DNA from: an uncultured Nitrospinota bacterium
Lineage (GTDB): Bacteria; Tectomicrobia; Entotheonellia; J063; CAVPRW01
Assembly (NCBI GenBank): GCA_963707985.1
Contig: CAVPRW010000022.1
Span: 64,001-128,000, forward strand
Length of the DNA: 64,000 nt
Reading direction: 5' to 3'
Numbering within the stretch: position 1 is the first letter of the stretch; each line of letters starts with the position of its first letter. The translations under genes and the position numbers were made by a program. Positions 22,489-32,451 of the stretch are shown piece by piece. Under the pieces are notes generated by a model that ran no database searches, was not told the DNA's origin, and saw nothing but the letters and a program-made list of their open reading frames with translations.

Positions 22489-23776
22489 TCAGCCGTGATC
22501 GGCGGTGTGCTGCAGGGCGTCAAAGGCGCGCTTGAGGATATCGTGCCGCAACTTCTTTTCTTCTTCCTGGGGCAGGTTCGGATCGCCCAGGACGTGCACA
22601 ATCCCACCACCCTGCACAATGCGGTTCGAGCCAACCATCTTCGCCACTGGCATCACCGAGGTGACCTGGACGACGGGAATACCGGCCTTTTCGAGTTCGG
22701 TCGTGATCGCAGCACCGCTGCGAGTGCTGGTGCCTCACGTGGAGGTCGAGAATCACGGCCTCCACGCCTTCGGCTTTAAGCTTCTCGGCAATCTCCCGCC
22801 CCAGACGGCGGCTATTGGCGAGCGGGTTGGCGAGCCCCGTCGTGGAGACAAAACAGTCATGCAACTTGCCCACCACCCCGGCTTTTTCGAGCGCACGCAG
22901 CACATCCACAGGTACCAGCCGGTCCGGGTCTTGCTCCACATAGCGGGTGTCATACCCCCGGTGCGAGACTTCGTAGTCCTCCCCGTGCAGATCATCGAGG
23001 CCGGAGATGTCGTAGGCGCCCCAGTTGGTGGCGGCATAGGGGGCAATCTTATCCGGATTGCCTTTGGGAACCAGACCGCCATCCGTGACCAGGGCCACTC
23101 TGGCCTTGGAGAGGTCCAGGACAGGGGCCGGGGCCGGGACTGGTGAAAACGTTGGCGGCGTGAATTCGGACTCAAAGGGCTGTCCGGTGGTCTTGGCATA
23201 CACCATGGCCACCAGGCGTTCGGCAGCGCTGGGCTCGACAAAATCGTCTCGCAAGATCCCCTGCGGAATGTAGCCTTCCTCGCGTGGCCGACCGATGGCC
23301 TGGTGGTTGATGAGCTTCCGGGCGAGACGTGCCATGGTGGTCAGGACATCCCGCATGGCCTGAACCTGGGTGCCGGAATCAACGATATAGATATCTGAGC
23401 GATACATATCCACACCAGGGTTTTCCACTGCCATGCCGGTGATCACCGGGATCCCGAGCGCGGCTTTAACGGCCTTGCACAGGGCACCCGCCGCCATGCC
23501 GTAGCGCCCGGCTTCAAAACACGGGCCAGCCACGAACAGGTCGGCCTGGCATTGTTGGACTTCTTGCACGGCCAGGGCACTCAGGCTTTCGACATGTTCG
23601 GCAGCATAGTTGTCACCCACAACGATGGTGCGCACGACCTGTGCCCCGGCTCCCAGGACTTGCTCTAACAGGCGCCCTGGGCCAACGGCTCCATCCTGGA
23701 TGTGCGGGGCCAGGTACGCCGCTTCCTCTCCCCCTCGTCCGCCAAAGAACTGGTTCAGATAGTGTACGATACGCAT
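22489..23776 (-). CDS. grdB: Glycine/sarcosine/betaine reductase selenoprotein B family; Sec UGA at 22735-22737; one extra base near 22747
   Basis: VHYLNQFFG, GPCFEAGRYG, LVTDGGLVPKGNPD; removing one base gives VILTST-U-GTSTRSGA, open to a stop at 22489. Confidence 0.88.
22707..22723 (-). promoter_or_regulatory. Bacterial SECIS hairpin
   Basis: TCGCAGC-GGT-GCTGCGA, a 7-bp perfect stem starting after an 11-nt spacer from the UGA. Confidence 0.8.
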
Positions 23777-23794
23777 GATGAGACCTCCTCTCTT

Positions 23795-23815
23795 CCCTCT
23801 CCCTCCGGGAGAGAG
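23795..23815. repeat. REP-like palindrome between grdE-like and grdB-like genes
   Basis: CCCTCTCCCTCCGGGAGAGAG, near-identical to 14987-15007. Confidence 0.65.
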
Positions 23816-23862
23816 CTTGTACTAGAGCACCCCGCCCACTGGAGAGGGAATTGACGTCCCCA

Positions 23863-25125
23863 TTAATGCACAAAGGCGCGCAGATGGGAAGCCCCTTGCT
23901 GATTGGTCACGCCACAGAGCCTCCCGGCGTCGAGCATCTGGGCGGTCCGTAGTGCCTCCACCGCCTCAGGAGTGCCAGCAATCGCCCGCGGGACCGCCGG
24001 AACGGTCCAGTGCGTGTCATTGCCCCCAACGTACACAATAGCATCGACCTCGTCATAGTTGAACAGCAACGCTGACTCGGCCCGGCGGTCCTGGGACATA
24101 TCGGAAGTCTGCACCGCCGTGCGCATGCCAAGCTCCTCGCACAGCTTTGCCGTTAACGCCATATCGGCGTGCGGCGCTCCGCCCCCGTATTTGGTCAGAA
24201 TGACACCCTCAGCCGCCAGACTCCATTTCGCCTGATGGGCTGCCAGCATGGCGTTTCTGGCCCGATCGTCGTTATCAGAACCGGCCATGGTAGCGATGGT
24301 CCCGACTAGCGTGATGTTGCCCTCGCGATGCCAGCGATAGAGTTCCATGATAATCGGGTGATTTTGGTAAAAATAGGTCTCTACCGCACGGTTAAAGTAG
24401 CTGGTGACGAGGGCTCCGTCCAGCCATTCGTTGGGGTGCAGCAGCACCGGTGCCATGCCCGCAGTGTTGGCACCATAGAGGATTTGTTCGTCAACCTCGG
24501 CCACCCGTTGCCGCGAATGAATCTGCCCAATGTAGGCGAGGCACGGGAGCCCCCGGCGGCTGGCATCGACTGGCCCCAGGCTTTCAAAAACCGCGCTGTC
24601 GACCGGGGTCTGGCGCACAGCCGTATGTCCCAGATAGACGGCTGTCTTCACGCTCGCGAGGCGTAGCGCCTGCAACGCTCGGTGCCGTTCCAGCGCTGGA
24701 ACGACATGCGGGACAACGACCAGATGCGCCAACGTGGCATAGGGGCAGGCCTTTCCCGCCTCACCGCTCATCTCTACCACCTGGCCTCCGGCCACAGGCA
24801 CTGCTGGGTCTAGGACCGTGACCACCGACCCCTGCAAGACATGGGTGATCCCCTGTCCAACCATGGCAATCGGACCTAAGATGCCTGGGAAATCAGGGCC
24901 AGCGCCCGGTTCCTTGGCACGCGGTTCCACAATGTCAAACACCACGCCAAAGCGGCAGGCTTCCCCGGGGTGCACGATGGCCAGGTCCACACGCTGAAGG
25001 CGGCGATCTTCCAGGAGATACTGACGCAAGGCTGCCTCGGAGATCTCAAGTTTAGTGCCTTGCAACTGTGTGGTAGCGCCGAAGCGTATGTCAGTGACTG
25101 GATGGTAAGCAAGAGTCAAACGCAT
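23863..25125 (-). CDS. Glycine/sarcosine/betaine reductase component B subunit (GrdE/GrdG/GrdI family)
   Basis: DIVEPRAK, G.THVL.G, HPNEWLDGA, QNHPII..L; directly upstream of grdB-like gene. Confidence 0.85.
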   Translation of the reverse strand: MRLTLAYHPVTDIRFGATTQLQGTKLEISEAALRQYLLEDRRLQRVDLAIVHPGEACRFGVVFDIVEPRAKEPGAGPDFPGILGPIAMVGQGITHVLQGSVVTVLDPAVPVAGGQVVEMSGEAGKACPYATLAHLVVVPHVVPALERHRALQALRLASVKTAVYLGHTAVRQTPVDSAVFESLGPVDASRRGLPCLAYIGQIHSRQRVAEVDEQILYGANTAGMAPVLLHPNEWLDGALVTSYFNRAVETYFYQNHPIIMELYRWHREGNITLVGTIATMAGSDNDDRARNAMLAAHQAKWSLAAEGVILTKYGGGAPHADMALTAKLCEELGMRTAVQTSDMSQDRRAESALLFNYDEVDAIVYVGGNDTHWTVPAVPRAIAGTPEAVEALRTAQMLDAGRLCGVTNQQGASHLRAFVH

Positions 25126-25317
25126 AGGCTTCACCAGTGGCACCCCATGGTCATGGGGTCCCCCTTTCTATGCGGTAAGGAGCAGGATGGCTCATCGCGC
25201 CCCTGCGTCTGTGGGCAGAAGGAACATGGCCACAGGCCCGACAGCCAGAAGAGGCCGTATGGAGGCCGCACCAAGCGTGGGCTCTCCACGGCAACTCCTA
25301 GACATCGGGGCGTACGG

Positions 25318-26172
25318 TCAGGCGTGCGTCTGCTGCATCAGCCGCGCACAGCGGTCAAGAAGCGGCAGCACTTCGTCGGCCTGAGCCGGTGGCAGGTTGA
25401 AGACCAGCCGGGCCACACCGGCATCGTGATAGCGTTTGATCAGGTCCGGGTCCTCAGCCACACCGAAGATCGTGATCGGGATGGTCGCGGGGTCACGCCC
25501 GGCCGCCGTCGCCATCTTCTTGAAGTCGGGCAAAAGGTTGAGCACGTCGCCATAGGCCGGACGGCTGGCGTGTGGCACCCAGCCGTCGCCATAAGCGATC
25601 GCGCGGCGTGCTCCGTAAGGATAGGCGCCGCCAACGATGACCGGAGGGTGCGGCTTCTGCACCGGCTTCGGCCACGTCATCATCGGCGGAAACGACACGA
25701 ACTCGCCGTGGTACTCGGGTTTAGTCTGTGTCCAGACCGCCTTCATGGCCTCGACCCGTTCCCGCATGAGTTTGAACCGTGACGCGAACACAGTCCCGTG
25801 ATCGGCCATCTCCTCCGCGTTCCAGCCGGCGCCTATACCAAACAGAAAGCGGCCCCCCGAGATCTGGTCGAGACTGGCAACCTGCTTTGCCGTCTGGATC
25901 GGGTCACGCTGTACGACCAGGCAGATGCCCGTGCCCACCTTTAGCCGCGTCGTAGCAGCGGCGGCAGCCGCCAGCGTCACGAAAGGGTCCATCACATCGT
26001 AGTACTTCTTCGGCAGATCGCCGCCCTGCGGAAACGGCGATTGGCGCGATAGGGGGATATGCGAGTGCTCAGGGGCCCAGAGCGATTCGAAGCCACGCTC
26101 CTCGAGCGCGCGTCCAAGCTCGACCGGCCCCATGCCATAGTCCGTAAAGAAGATTGCTGCCCCGAATTCCAT
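25318..26172 (-). CDS. LLM-class, probably F420-dependent, oxidoreductase
   Basis: GFESLWAPEHSHIP, DPFVTL, SGGRFLFGIGAGWN, PKPVQKPHPP. Confidence 0.9.
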   Translation of the reverse strand: MEFGAAIFFTDYGMGPVELGRALEERGFESLWAPEHSHIPLSRQSPFPQGGDLPKKYYDVMDPFVTLAAAAAATTRLKVGTGICLVVQRDPIQTAKQVASLDQISGGRFLFGIGAGWNAEEMADHGTVFASRFKLMRERVEAMKAVWTQTKPEYHGEFVSFPPMMTWPKPVQKPHPPVIVGGAYPYGARRAIAYGDGWVPHASRPAYGDVLNLLPDFKKMATAAGRDPATIPITIFGVAEDPDLIKRYHDAGVARLVFNLPPAQADEVLPLLDRCARLMQQTHA

Positions 26173-26464
26173 ACTCGCTTCCTCTCATGGCTTCCTGGCC
26201 ACTGCCGTATGACAGCCTCATCCCGGCTTGCAGCTGTTGATCCTCAGCTCCCCATACCTCCGTTGGCTGCCGTATTATCCGAGTCGTAGGCTGTCCTGTC
26301 AATGTGCCTCGGTGCCATGAGGTCTTTGGCAGCGTTTTCGAGCAGGCCGATGTGCTCGGCCTGCGCCTGCCTGGCAACCGCAAAACCCGTCACATCACCG
26401 GGGGGGGGGGACGATCTTGCCTGAATGTGGCCATAGAGGTGGAGCCCTAAGGAGAACGCATACC

Positions 26465-26710
26465 CCTGCTGGGCATCGACCAGCACCACCTCACAGGGCC
26501 CCTCCAGAATGTTGAAGACCGGTTTCCAGTCAGCGCCTGTGCTCTCAGTGGCCACATGTATGCAACTACAGACCAGCAGCCAATCGGCGAGCGTCAGCAA
26601 TTCAGCCGTCATCGCCCCACGGGTGCGGGTCTCTTGCCCTTCAGGGGTCACAACGCCGGCCACCACGGTTTTCTTGTGCACGTCTATGCCCGCCAACGCT
26701 CGTACATGAC
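26465..26710 (-). pseudogene. IS110-family transposase N-terminal remnant
   Basis: GIDVHKK, ESTG..WKPVFNILE; similarity ends at VLVDAQ. Confidence 0.8.
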
Positions 26711-26980
26711 CTGCACAGCCACCTCCGATTGAAGCCACGGCAGGCAAGGATACCTAGAATGTGGGATGTTAACGTGCATGCTCAAGGGCGACAGTTGTAG
26801 GGTAGCTGTTTACTTGCGGCAGCGAATATGCTACCACAGACGTGGCCATAGCTAACGTCAAGGGTTCGTCTGAGCGTCCTACACAGCTCCTCAGGTGCGA
26901 CGGAGGCGCACTGACAAAAGAGTCGAGGCATGCTCAGCCTGCCGCATACACCAGAGTCTGGATGTAGGAGGGGGACGACG

Positions 26981-28105
26981 ATGACCGGGGAACCAGTCAA
27001 CATCTATGAGTACGAGGCACTTGCCCACGAGCGTTTACCGAAGCCGGAGTATGATTTTATCGCCGGTGGCGCCACCGACGAGATTACCCTGAAGCGGACG
27101 CGTGCGGTGTTCGACGCTATTATGCTGCGCCCGCGCATGCTAGTCGATATCAGCCAGCCGAACCTGTCGACCACCGTGCTGGGACACCAGGTCGCCTTTC
27201 CCATCCTGATGGACCCCGCGGGCAATCACGGCAGAGCCCATGTCGAGGGCGAGTTGGCCACAGCCAAAGCGGCGGGGGCGATGGGTACGGTGATGCTCCT
27301 CAGCTCAGGATCAAGCTATACGCTGGAAGAGGTGGCCAAGGTGGCGACGGGTCCCATCTGGTTCCAGCAATACCTCTACCGGGACCGGGGGCTGAGCAAG
27401 ATGATGGCACAGCGCGCCCAAGATGCCGGGTATAGTGCCCTATGTATCACGCTAGACTCGACGGTGCGAGCCAAGCGCGAGCGCAACATTCGCAATAACT
27501 ACTCCAACCCACCATCACCGAACTATGCTGGGTTGGAGGTCGAGGAAGGGTCGTGGGACACCAGCTCTGATGCCCCACGCGGGACCAATCGGCTGATTGA
27601 TCGTTCGGCCACCTGGCCGTACCTGGACTGGCTCGCGGCCAACACGCCATTGCCCTTGGTGGTCAAGGGTATTATGACGGGAGAGGATGGTCGGCTGTGC
27701 GCTGAGCATGGGGTGAAAGGCGCGATCGTGTCCAACCATGGGGCCCGCCAACTGGACACCACCTTTGCCAGCGTTGAAGTGCTTCCCGAGGTCGTGGAGG
27801 CGGTAGATGGTCGCATCGAGGTGTACCTGGATGGCGGCATCCGGCGTGGCACCGATGTGCTCAAAGCGCTGGCGCTGGGAGCCAGGGCTGTCCTGATCGG
27901 GCGTCCACTGTTCTGGGGGCTGGCAGTGGACGGTGAAGCAGGTCTACGGGCTGTCCTGCAGATGCTGCGGGACGAGTTGGAGATGGCCATGGGCATGTGT
28001 GGGCGCCCGACAATTCAGAGCATCGACATTAGTCTGCTGGGGACCATGTCGCCGCTCCTGTCGGTGCTGCACCCGCCGCAGGGCCTCCGGTTCCCCCAAT
28101 TGTAG
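26981..28105 (+). CDS. FMN-dependent alpha-hydroxy acid oxidase/dehydrogenase
   Basis: LVVKGI, VSNHGARQLD, DGGIRRGTD, GRP. Confidence 0.92.
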   Translation: MTGEPVNIYEYEALAHERLPKPEYDFIAGGATDEITLKRTRAVFDAIMLRPRMLVDISQPNLSTTVLGHQVAFPILMDPAGNHGRAHVEGELATAKAAGAMGTVMLLSSGSSYTLEEVAKVATGPIWFQQYLYRDRGLSKMMAQRAQDAGYSALCITLDSTVRAKRERNIRNNYSNPPSPNYAGLEVEEGSWDTSSDAPRGTNRLIDRSATWPYLDWLAANTPLPLVVKGIMTGEDGRLCAEHGVKGAIVSNHGARQLDTTFASVEVLPEVVEAVDGRIEVYLDGGIRRGTDVLKALALGARAVLIGRPLFWGLAVDGEAGLRAVLQMLRDELEMAMGMCGRPTIQSIDISLLGTMSPLLSVLHPPQGLRFPQL

Positions 28106-28265
28106 AGCCGGCTGCGACAGTGCCTGGCGATCAAGTGGCTGAGGTCTATCCAAAGTTCTCGGCTCCACCTCCTGTCCCTGAAAGCAGGTATGGGGAGGCC
28201 AAAGGTGCTATCGCGCTGGAGAGCGCCCGATAGGGTTGCTCAGGGACGATGATTGCGAGGTGGCT

Positions 28266-29663
28266 ATGTTACAGCGCTTATGGTCAACCTTTCGAGGTCA
28301 TATGCCGCCGGGTGCCTATCCGCCCGGCCCTCGGAGCCGCTATCCGGGCGCGCTCCTGCTGGCCTTCCGCCGCGATTCACTAGGCCTCTTGACGAGTGTC
28401 GCACAAGGGTATGGCGATGTCGCGCACGGCACCTTGGGCCGCAAGCATCTCTATCTCCTGAACCACCCGGACTACATCAGAGATGTGTTGGTCACCCATC
28501 ACCGCCGCTTTACCGGCCTTGCCTTCGAGGCCGCTAAGAGCCTCACTGGTGAGGGACTTCTCAGCGCCCAGGGGGAGGCGCACCGTCGGCAGCGGCGACT
28601 GGTACAGCCCGCCTTCCATCGCGACCGGCTGTCGGCATATGCTGCGACGATGGTCGAGCACGCGCAGCGGTGGCGCGACCGTCAGCACGATGGAGCGGTG
28701 ATGGCGATCCGTTCTGAGATGAGGCGGTTGACGCTCGGTGTTGTCGGCGAGACGATGTTCGGGTCGACGGATGGCGATGCGGCCGACGATGTGCGCGGGT
28801 TTATCGACGCAGGGGGGGCACTGTTTGGGCCGCTCACCTTTTTCTTCGCGCCGTTCATGGAGCGTTTGCCGCTACCATCTGCGCGCCGGTTCATCGCCGC
28901 GCGTCAACGACTGGACGCGCGCGTCTACCGCATGCTGGATGAGCGGCGGGCCTCCGGGGTCGACCAAGGCGACTTGCTCTCCATGTTGCTGTTGGCGCAG
29001 GATGGCGAGGGCGACGGGCAGGGGCTGACAGAACAACAGATTCGCGACGAGGTCGTGACCATTTTCCTGGCCGGACACGAGACTACGGCGAACGCCCTAA
29101 CCTGGAGCTGGCATCTCCTGGCGCAACACCCCGAGGTGCAGCGGCGCCTGCACGCCGAGGTCAATGAGGTGCTCGGCGACCGCCCGCCCACGCTGGATGA
29201 CCTGCCCCGCCTCCCTTACACAGGCGGTGTCTTCGCTGAGGCACTCCGACTCTACCCGGTGGCGGCGATGATCTTCCGACGTGCCCTGGAGGATCACCCG
29301 GTGGGCGAGTACGTGATCCCCAAGGGCGGTATCGTCATCATGAGTCAGTACGTCATGCACCGCGATCCCCGCTTCTACCAGAATCCTGAAGTGTTCGACC
29401 CTGATCGCTGGGCTCCCGAGGTACGTGACAGCCGTCCCCGCTACTGCTACTTCCCGTTCGGTGGCGGGCCACGGGTGTGTATCGGGGAGGGCTTCGCGAC
29501 GATGGAGGGCACGCTGATACTGGCCACTATCGCCCAGCGATGGCAACCACAGCTGCTCGTGAAGCAACCGATACGACGGGATCCGACGTTCGGGACGCGG
29601 CCGAGTGACACGTTGCGCTTGCGCCTCGAACGCCACACGCCGACATACGTAGGGACCAGGTGA
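28266..29663 (+). CDS. Cytochrome P450
   Basis: AGHETT, EALR, FPFGGGPRVCIG. Confidence 0.95.
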   Translation: MLQRLWSTFRGHMPPGAYPPGPRSRYPGALLLAFRRDSLGLLTSVAQGYGDVAHGTLGRKHLYLLNHPDYIRDVLVTHHRRFTGLAFEAAKSLTGEGLLSAQGEAHRRQRRLVQPAFHRDRLSAYAATMVEHAQRWRDRQHDGAVMAIRSEMRRLTLGVVGETMFGSTDGDAADDVRGFIDAGGALFGPLTFFFAPFMERLPLPSARRFIAARQRLDARVYRMLDERRASGVDQGDLLSMLLLAQDGEGDGQGLTEQQIRDEVVTIFLAGHETTANALTWSWHLLAQHPEVQRRLHAEVNEVLGDRPPTLDDLPRLPYTGGVFAEALRLYPVAAMIFRRALEDHPVGEYVIPKGGIVIMSQYVMHRDPRFYQNPEVFDPDRWAPEVRDSRPRYCYFPFGGGPRVCIGEGFATMEGTLILATIAQRWQPQLLVKQPIRRDPTFGTRPSDTLRLRLERHTPTYVGTR

Positions 29664-29726
29664 GCCACGTCAGGCAGGCCAACCTGGTCTCCCCATTGGG
29701 CTAGCCGACACCTCACGAGGTCCCGC

Positions 29727-30989
29727 ATGGGGAAGCGCATCGTCATCACGAGCTTCGGCTCACTGGGGGATATCTATCCCTATCTCACTCTAGCCCAGCG
29801 CCTGAGGCAGCGCGGCCACGATGCGATCCTAGCGACGTCGGCCTATTATCGCGAGCTCATCGAGGGGGAAGGGGTCGCCTTCTGTCCGGTCCGGCCCGAT
29901 GCCGACCCTGAGGATCGTGCCCTGATCCGTCGCCTCATGGAGCCCAAGCGTGGCCCTGAGATCCTCATCAGGGAGTGCCTTCTTCCCCATCTGCGGCACA
30001 GCTATACGGACCTCACCGCCGCGGCGCACGGGGCCGACCTGTTAGTGACGCACCCGATCACCTTCGCCGGCCCCCTTGTCGCCGAGCAGCACCGGATTCC
30101 GTGGGTGTCCACAGTGCTGGCCCCCATGTCTCTCTTCTCCGTGTACGACTTGCCGGTCTTCCCCGCCATGCCGAGGCTTGCACGGCTTTACAGGCTGAGG
30201 CCAGGTGTGAGCCGGCTGCTCCTGCGCCTGGGGAAGTGGATGACGCACCTCTGGTCGGAGCCTGTTCGCCAGCTACGGGCGGAGATCGAGCTGCCAGCGC
30301 GGGGCGACCCCCTGTACGAAGGACAGTTCTCGCCCGGGCTCACGCTCGCCCTGTTTTCCGGGGTGCTGGCCACACCACAGCCGGACTGGCCGCCCCACAC
30401 CCAGGTCACGGGGTTTGTCTTCCGTGATGAACCCGATGGCTTGCCGCCTGAGCTGGCCCGATTCCTTGATGCCGGGCCAGCTCCACTGGTGTTCACGCTG
30501 GGCAGCTCCGTGGTCAATACCGCAGGGTCCTTCTATCAGGAGAGCCTCGAGGCGGTACGACGCCTGGGGTGTCGGGCCGTGCTCCTGGTTGGTACCGATC
30601 CACAGAATCGCCTCCCAGAGCCGCTGCCCGAAAGCATACTGGCGGTGCCCTATGCCCCCCACGGTAGCCTCTTTCCCCGGGCCCAAGTCATCATCCACCA
30701 GGGAGGCATCGGCACCACAGCTCAAGCGCTGCGTGCGAGGCGCCCCATGCTCGTCGTTCCCCACGCCTTTGACCAGCCGGATAACGCCTTACGTGTGGTG
30801 AAGCTTGGCGTGGCCCGCACGCTGTCCCCCAAACACTATGTGGCAACACGCGTGGCTGCACAGCTCCAAGCTATCCTGGCGGAGCCGCGCTATGCCCAGC
30901 GTGCCGTGGTGGTGGGGCGTAAGGTTCAGACCGAAAGGGGAGACCAGCAAGCCTGCGATGCCATCGAGACCTACATGGCTTCCCTGTAA
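29727..30989 (+). CDS. GT1-family glycosyltransferase (RhlB-like)
   Basis: GSLGDIYP, VFTLGS, HQGGIGTT, DQPDNA. Confidence 0.92.
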   Translation: MGKRIVITSFGSLGDIYPYLTLAQRLRQRGHDAILATSAYYRELIEGEGVAFCPVRPDADPEDRALIRRLMEPKRGPEILIRECLLPHLRHSYTDLTAAAHGADLLVTHPITFAGPLVAEQHRIPWVSTVLAPMSLFSVYDLPVFPAMPRLARLYRLRPGVSRLLLRLGKWMTHLWSEPVRQLRAEIELPARGDPLYEGQFSPGLTLALFSGVLATPQPDWPPHTQVTGFVFRDEPDGLPPELARFLDAGPAPLVFTLGSSVVNTAGSFYQESLEAVRRLGCRAVLLVGTDPQNRLPEPLPESILAVPYAPHGSLFPRAQVIIHQGGIGTTAQALRARRPMLVVPHAFDQPDNALRVVKLGVARTLSPKHYVATRVAAQLQAILAEPRYAQRAVVVGRKVQTERGDQQACDAIETYMASL

Positions 30990-31011
30990 TACTGGCGCCA
31001 CGCTGCTTGTC

Positions 31012-32049
31012 TTACACTCGCCCCACGCGTTCGGCAACATCTCGGGCTGCAACCAAGTAGACGGGTCGGGGATTCAGCGCATATTCTCGCAGGCACGCTT
31101 CGGTGAACTTGATGGTATGCGCGCCACCAGCGACCACTGCGCGGTCAATCAAGGTTTCGGGGGATTCTGTGGGCGGTATGAAGCCTGAGGGTGATGGAGG
31201 TGGCGTCGTCGAATACCAGGCGTAGATGCCGGCACATGCCTGCCAGGCATAGCGTGCCGCTAGCCGAGCATCGGCATCGGCCACGTAGGGTGCCAAGAGC
31301 CGAAGCGCGCTGGGAGCGGTGACCGCATGCACAAAAGCGATCAATCCTGTCGGGTTGGCGAGATAGATCCCCGCGAAGGTCTCGGTGATCTCAGAAATAT
31401 ACCGCGAAAGGTCGCTTGTGGTGTCCACCAGATCGATCACAGTGGCAAATTCAGGGCGTTCTTCCAGGCCTTTGAGTTGCTGCACAATCGCACCACGTGG
31501 ATCAAAATCGCCGCTGTGGACGCGCTCGACAAACTGGATCGCCTCTTTAGGTGAGTGCCCAATGTTACTGCCTGAGGGACTCCCCGGCATGACCTGATAG
31601 CGGGCAGCCCAGTAGCCTAACCCCTCGGCTAACTCATGCAGGCGCTGCGGCGTTTCACCACCCGCTAGGCTACGAACGGCGTGGCCTGTACGGATCAAGC
31701 CGTGCGTGGCGGCGGCCATGAGCCCCGGCGCCAGGCGTGGCACCCAAGTCCGCAACACTGACTGCCAGGGCCCCTCCAGCAGCTCGTGGTCGAAGAAGGC
31801 GACCCAATCGGCACTCCGGCCTCTATCACCGAGTGCCTCATGCCAGCTTTCAGGGGACATGGGGGTGTCCGGATGCGATCGCTCCTGAAAGCGGTTCTTA
31901 TACCCCTCAATCCAGGGCATCACCGAGCCAGGGCGGCCGAGGGTCAACAAGACTTCGGCGACCATAGGACCATGGTTGGAGTTGCCACCAACCAAATCCG
32001 GGCCAGTGCGATGGAGGATGTCCAAGGCTTCGTCGATGGTTGTATCCAT
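31012..32049 (-). CDS. Questin oxidase family (DUF4243-like) protein
   Basis: SNHGPM, HGLIRTGHA, HAVT, HTIKFTEAC. Confidence 0.75.
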   Translation of the reverse strand: MDTTIDEALDILHRTGPDLVGGNSNHGPMVAEVLLTLGRPGSVMPWIEGYKNRFQERSHPDTPMSPESWHEALGDRGRSADWVAFFDHELLEGPWQSVLRTWVPRLAPGLMAAATHGLIRTGHAVRSLAGGETPQRLHELAEGLGYWAARYQVMPGSPSGSNIGHSPKEAIQFVERVHSGDFDPRGAIVQQLKGLEERPEFATVIDLVDTTSDLSRYISEITETFAGIYLANPTGLIAFVHAVTAPSALRLLAPYVADADARLAARYAWQACAGIYAWYSTTPPPSPSGFIPPTESPETLIDRAVVAGGAHTIKFTEACLREYALNPRPVYLVAARDVAERVGRV

Positions 32050-32103
32050 ATGAGTCTCCCTTCGTAATGTCGGGGGACGGCTCGTAAAGGGAATGTGGTT
32101 GCA

Positions 32104-32132
32104 AGTGTATGGGGATTTGGCAGGCCTGTCAA
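32104..32132 (-). promoter_or_regulatory. Sigma-70 promoter
   Basis: TTGACA-N17-TACACT, about 55 bp upstream of ATG 32049. Confidence 0.7.
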
Positions 32133-32451
32133 CGTTCCAGCAATACCCCTTGAGCCAGAGTGATGAACATCCCCGTAAGCGCAAGAGAACCCCACACCGG
32201 GGCCAGATGTGGTAGAGGAAAGAACATCATCGAGCTCCGAGGCACATTTGGGGTCACACGCCACAAGTCGCCTCGCTTGTCTCATAGAGCTCTCGGGACT
32301 ATACTGGTGCAAAAACCTTCCTTGGCGTGAAGCGACAAGCTATGTGGGTAGCCTCTTTTTACAAGGGGGAGAGTCTAAGGGTTCGTTCTTCCAGATCAAT
32401 AGAGCCGCTTCCTCGACATGACCTCAGAGGAGACACATCGGGACCACTACC

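Noticed and set aside
22520..22746. ORF-track C-terminus of the grdB-like gene (DLHVRHQH...)
   Set aside because: Out-of-frame artefact; the homologous sequence is in the UGA-containing frame
26400..26410. Poly-G run as a phase-variation tract
   Set aside because: Lies beside an IS remnant, outside any credible gene or promoter
26710..26960. Possible IS110 bridge-RNA region
   Set aside because: Element is heavily decayed, and neither its ends nor a structure can be supported by eye
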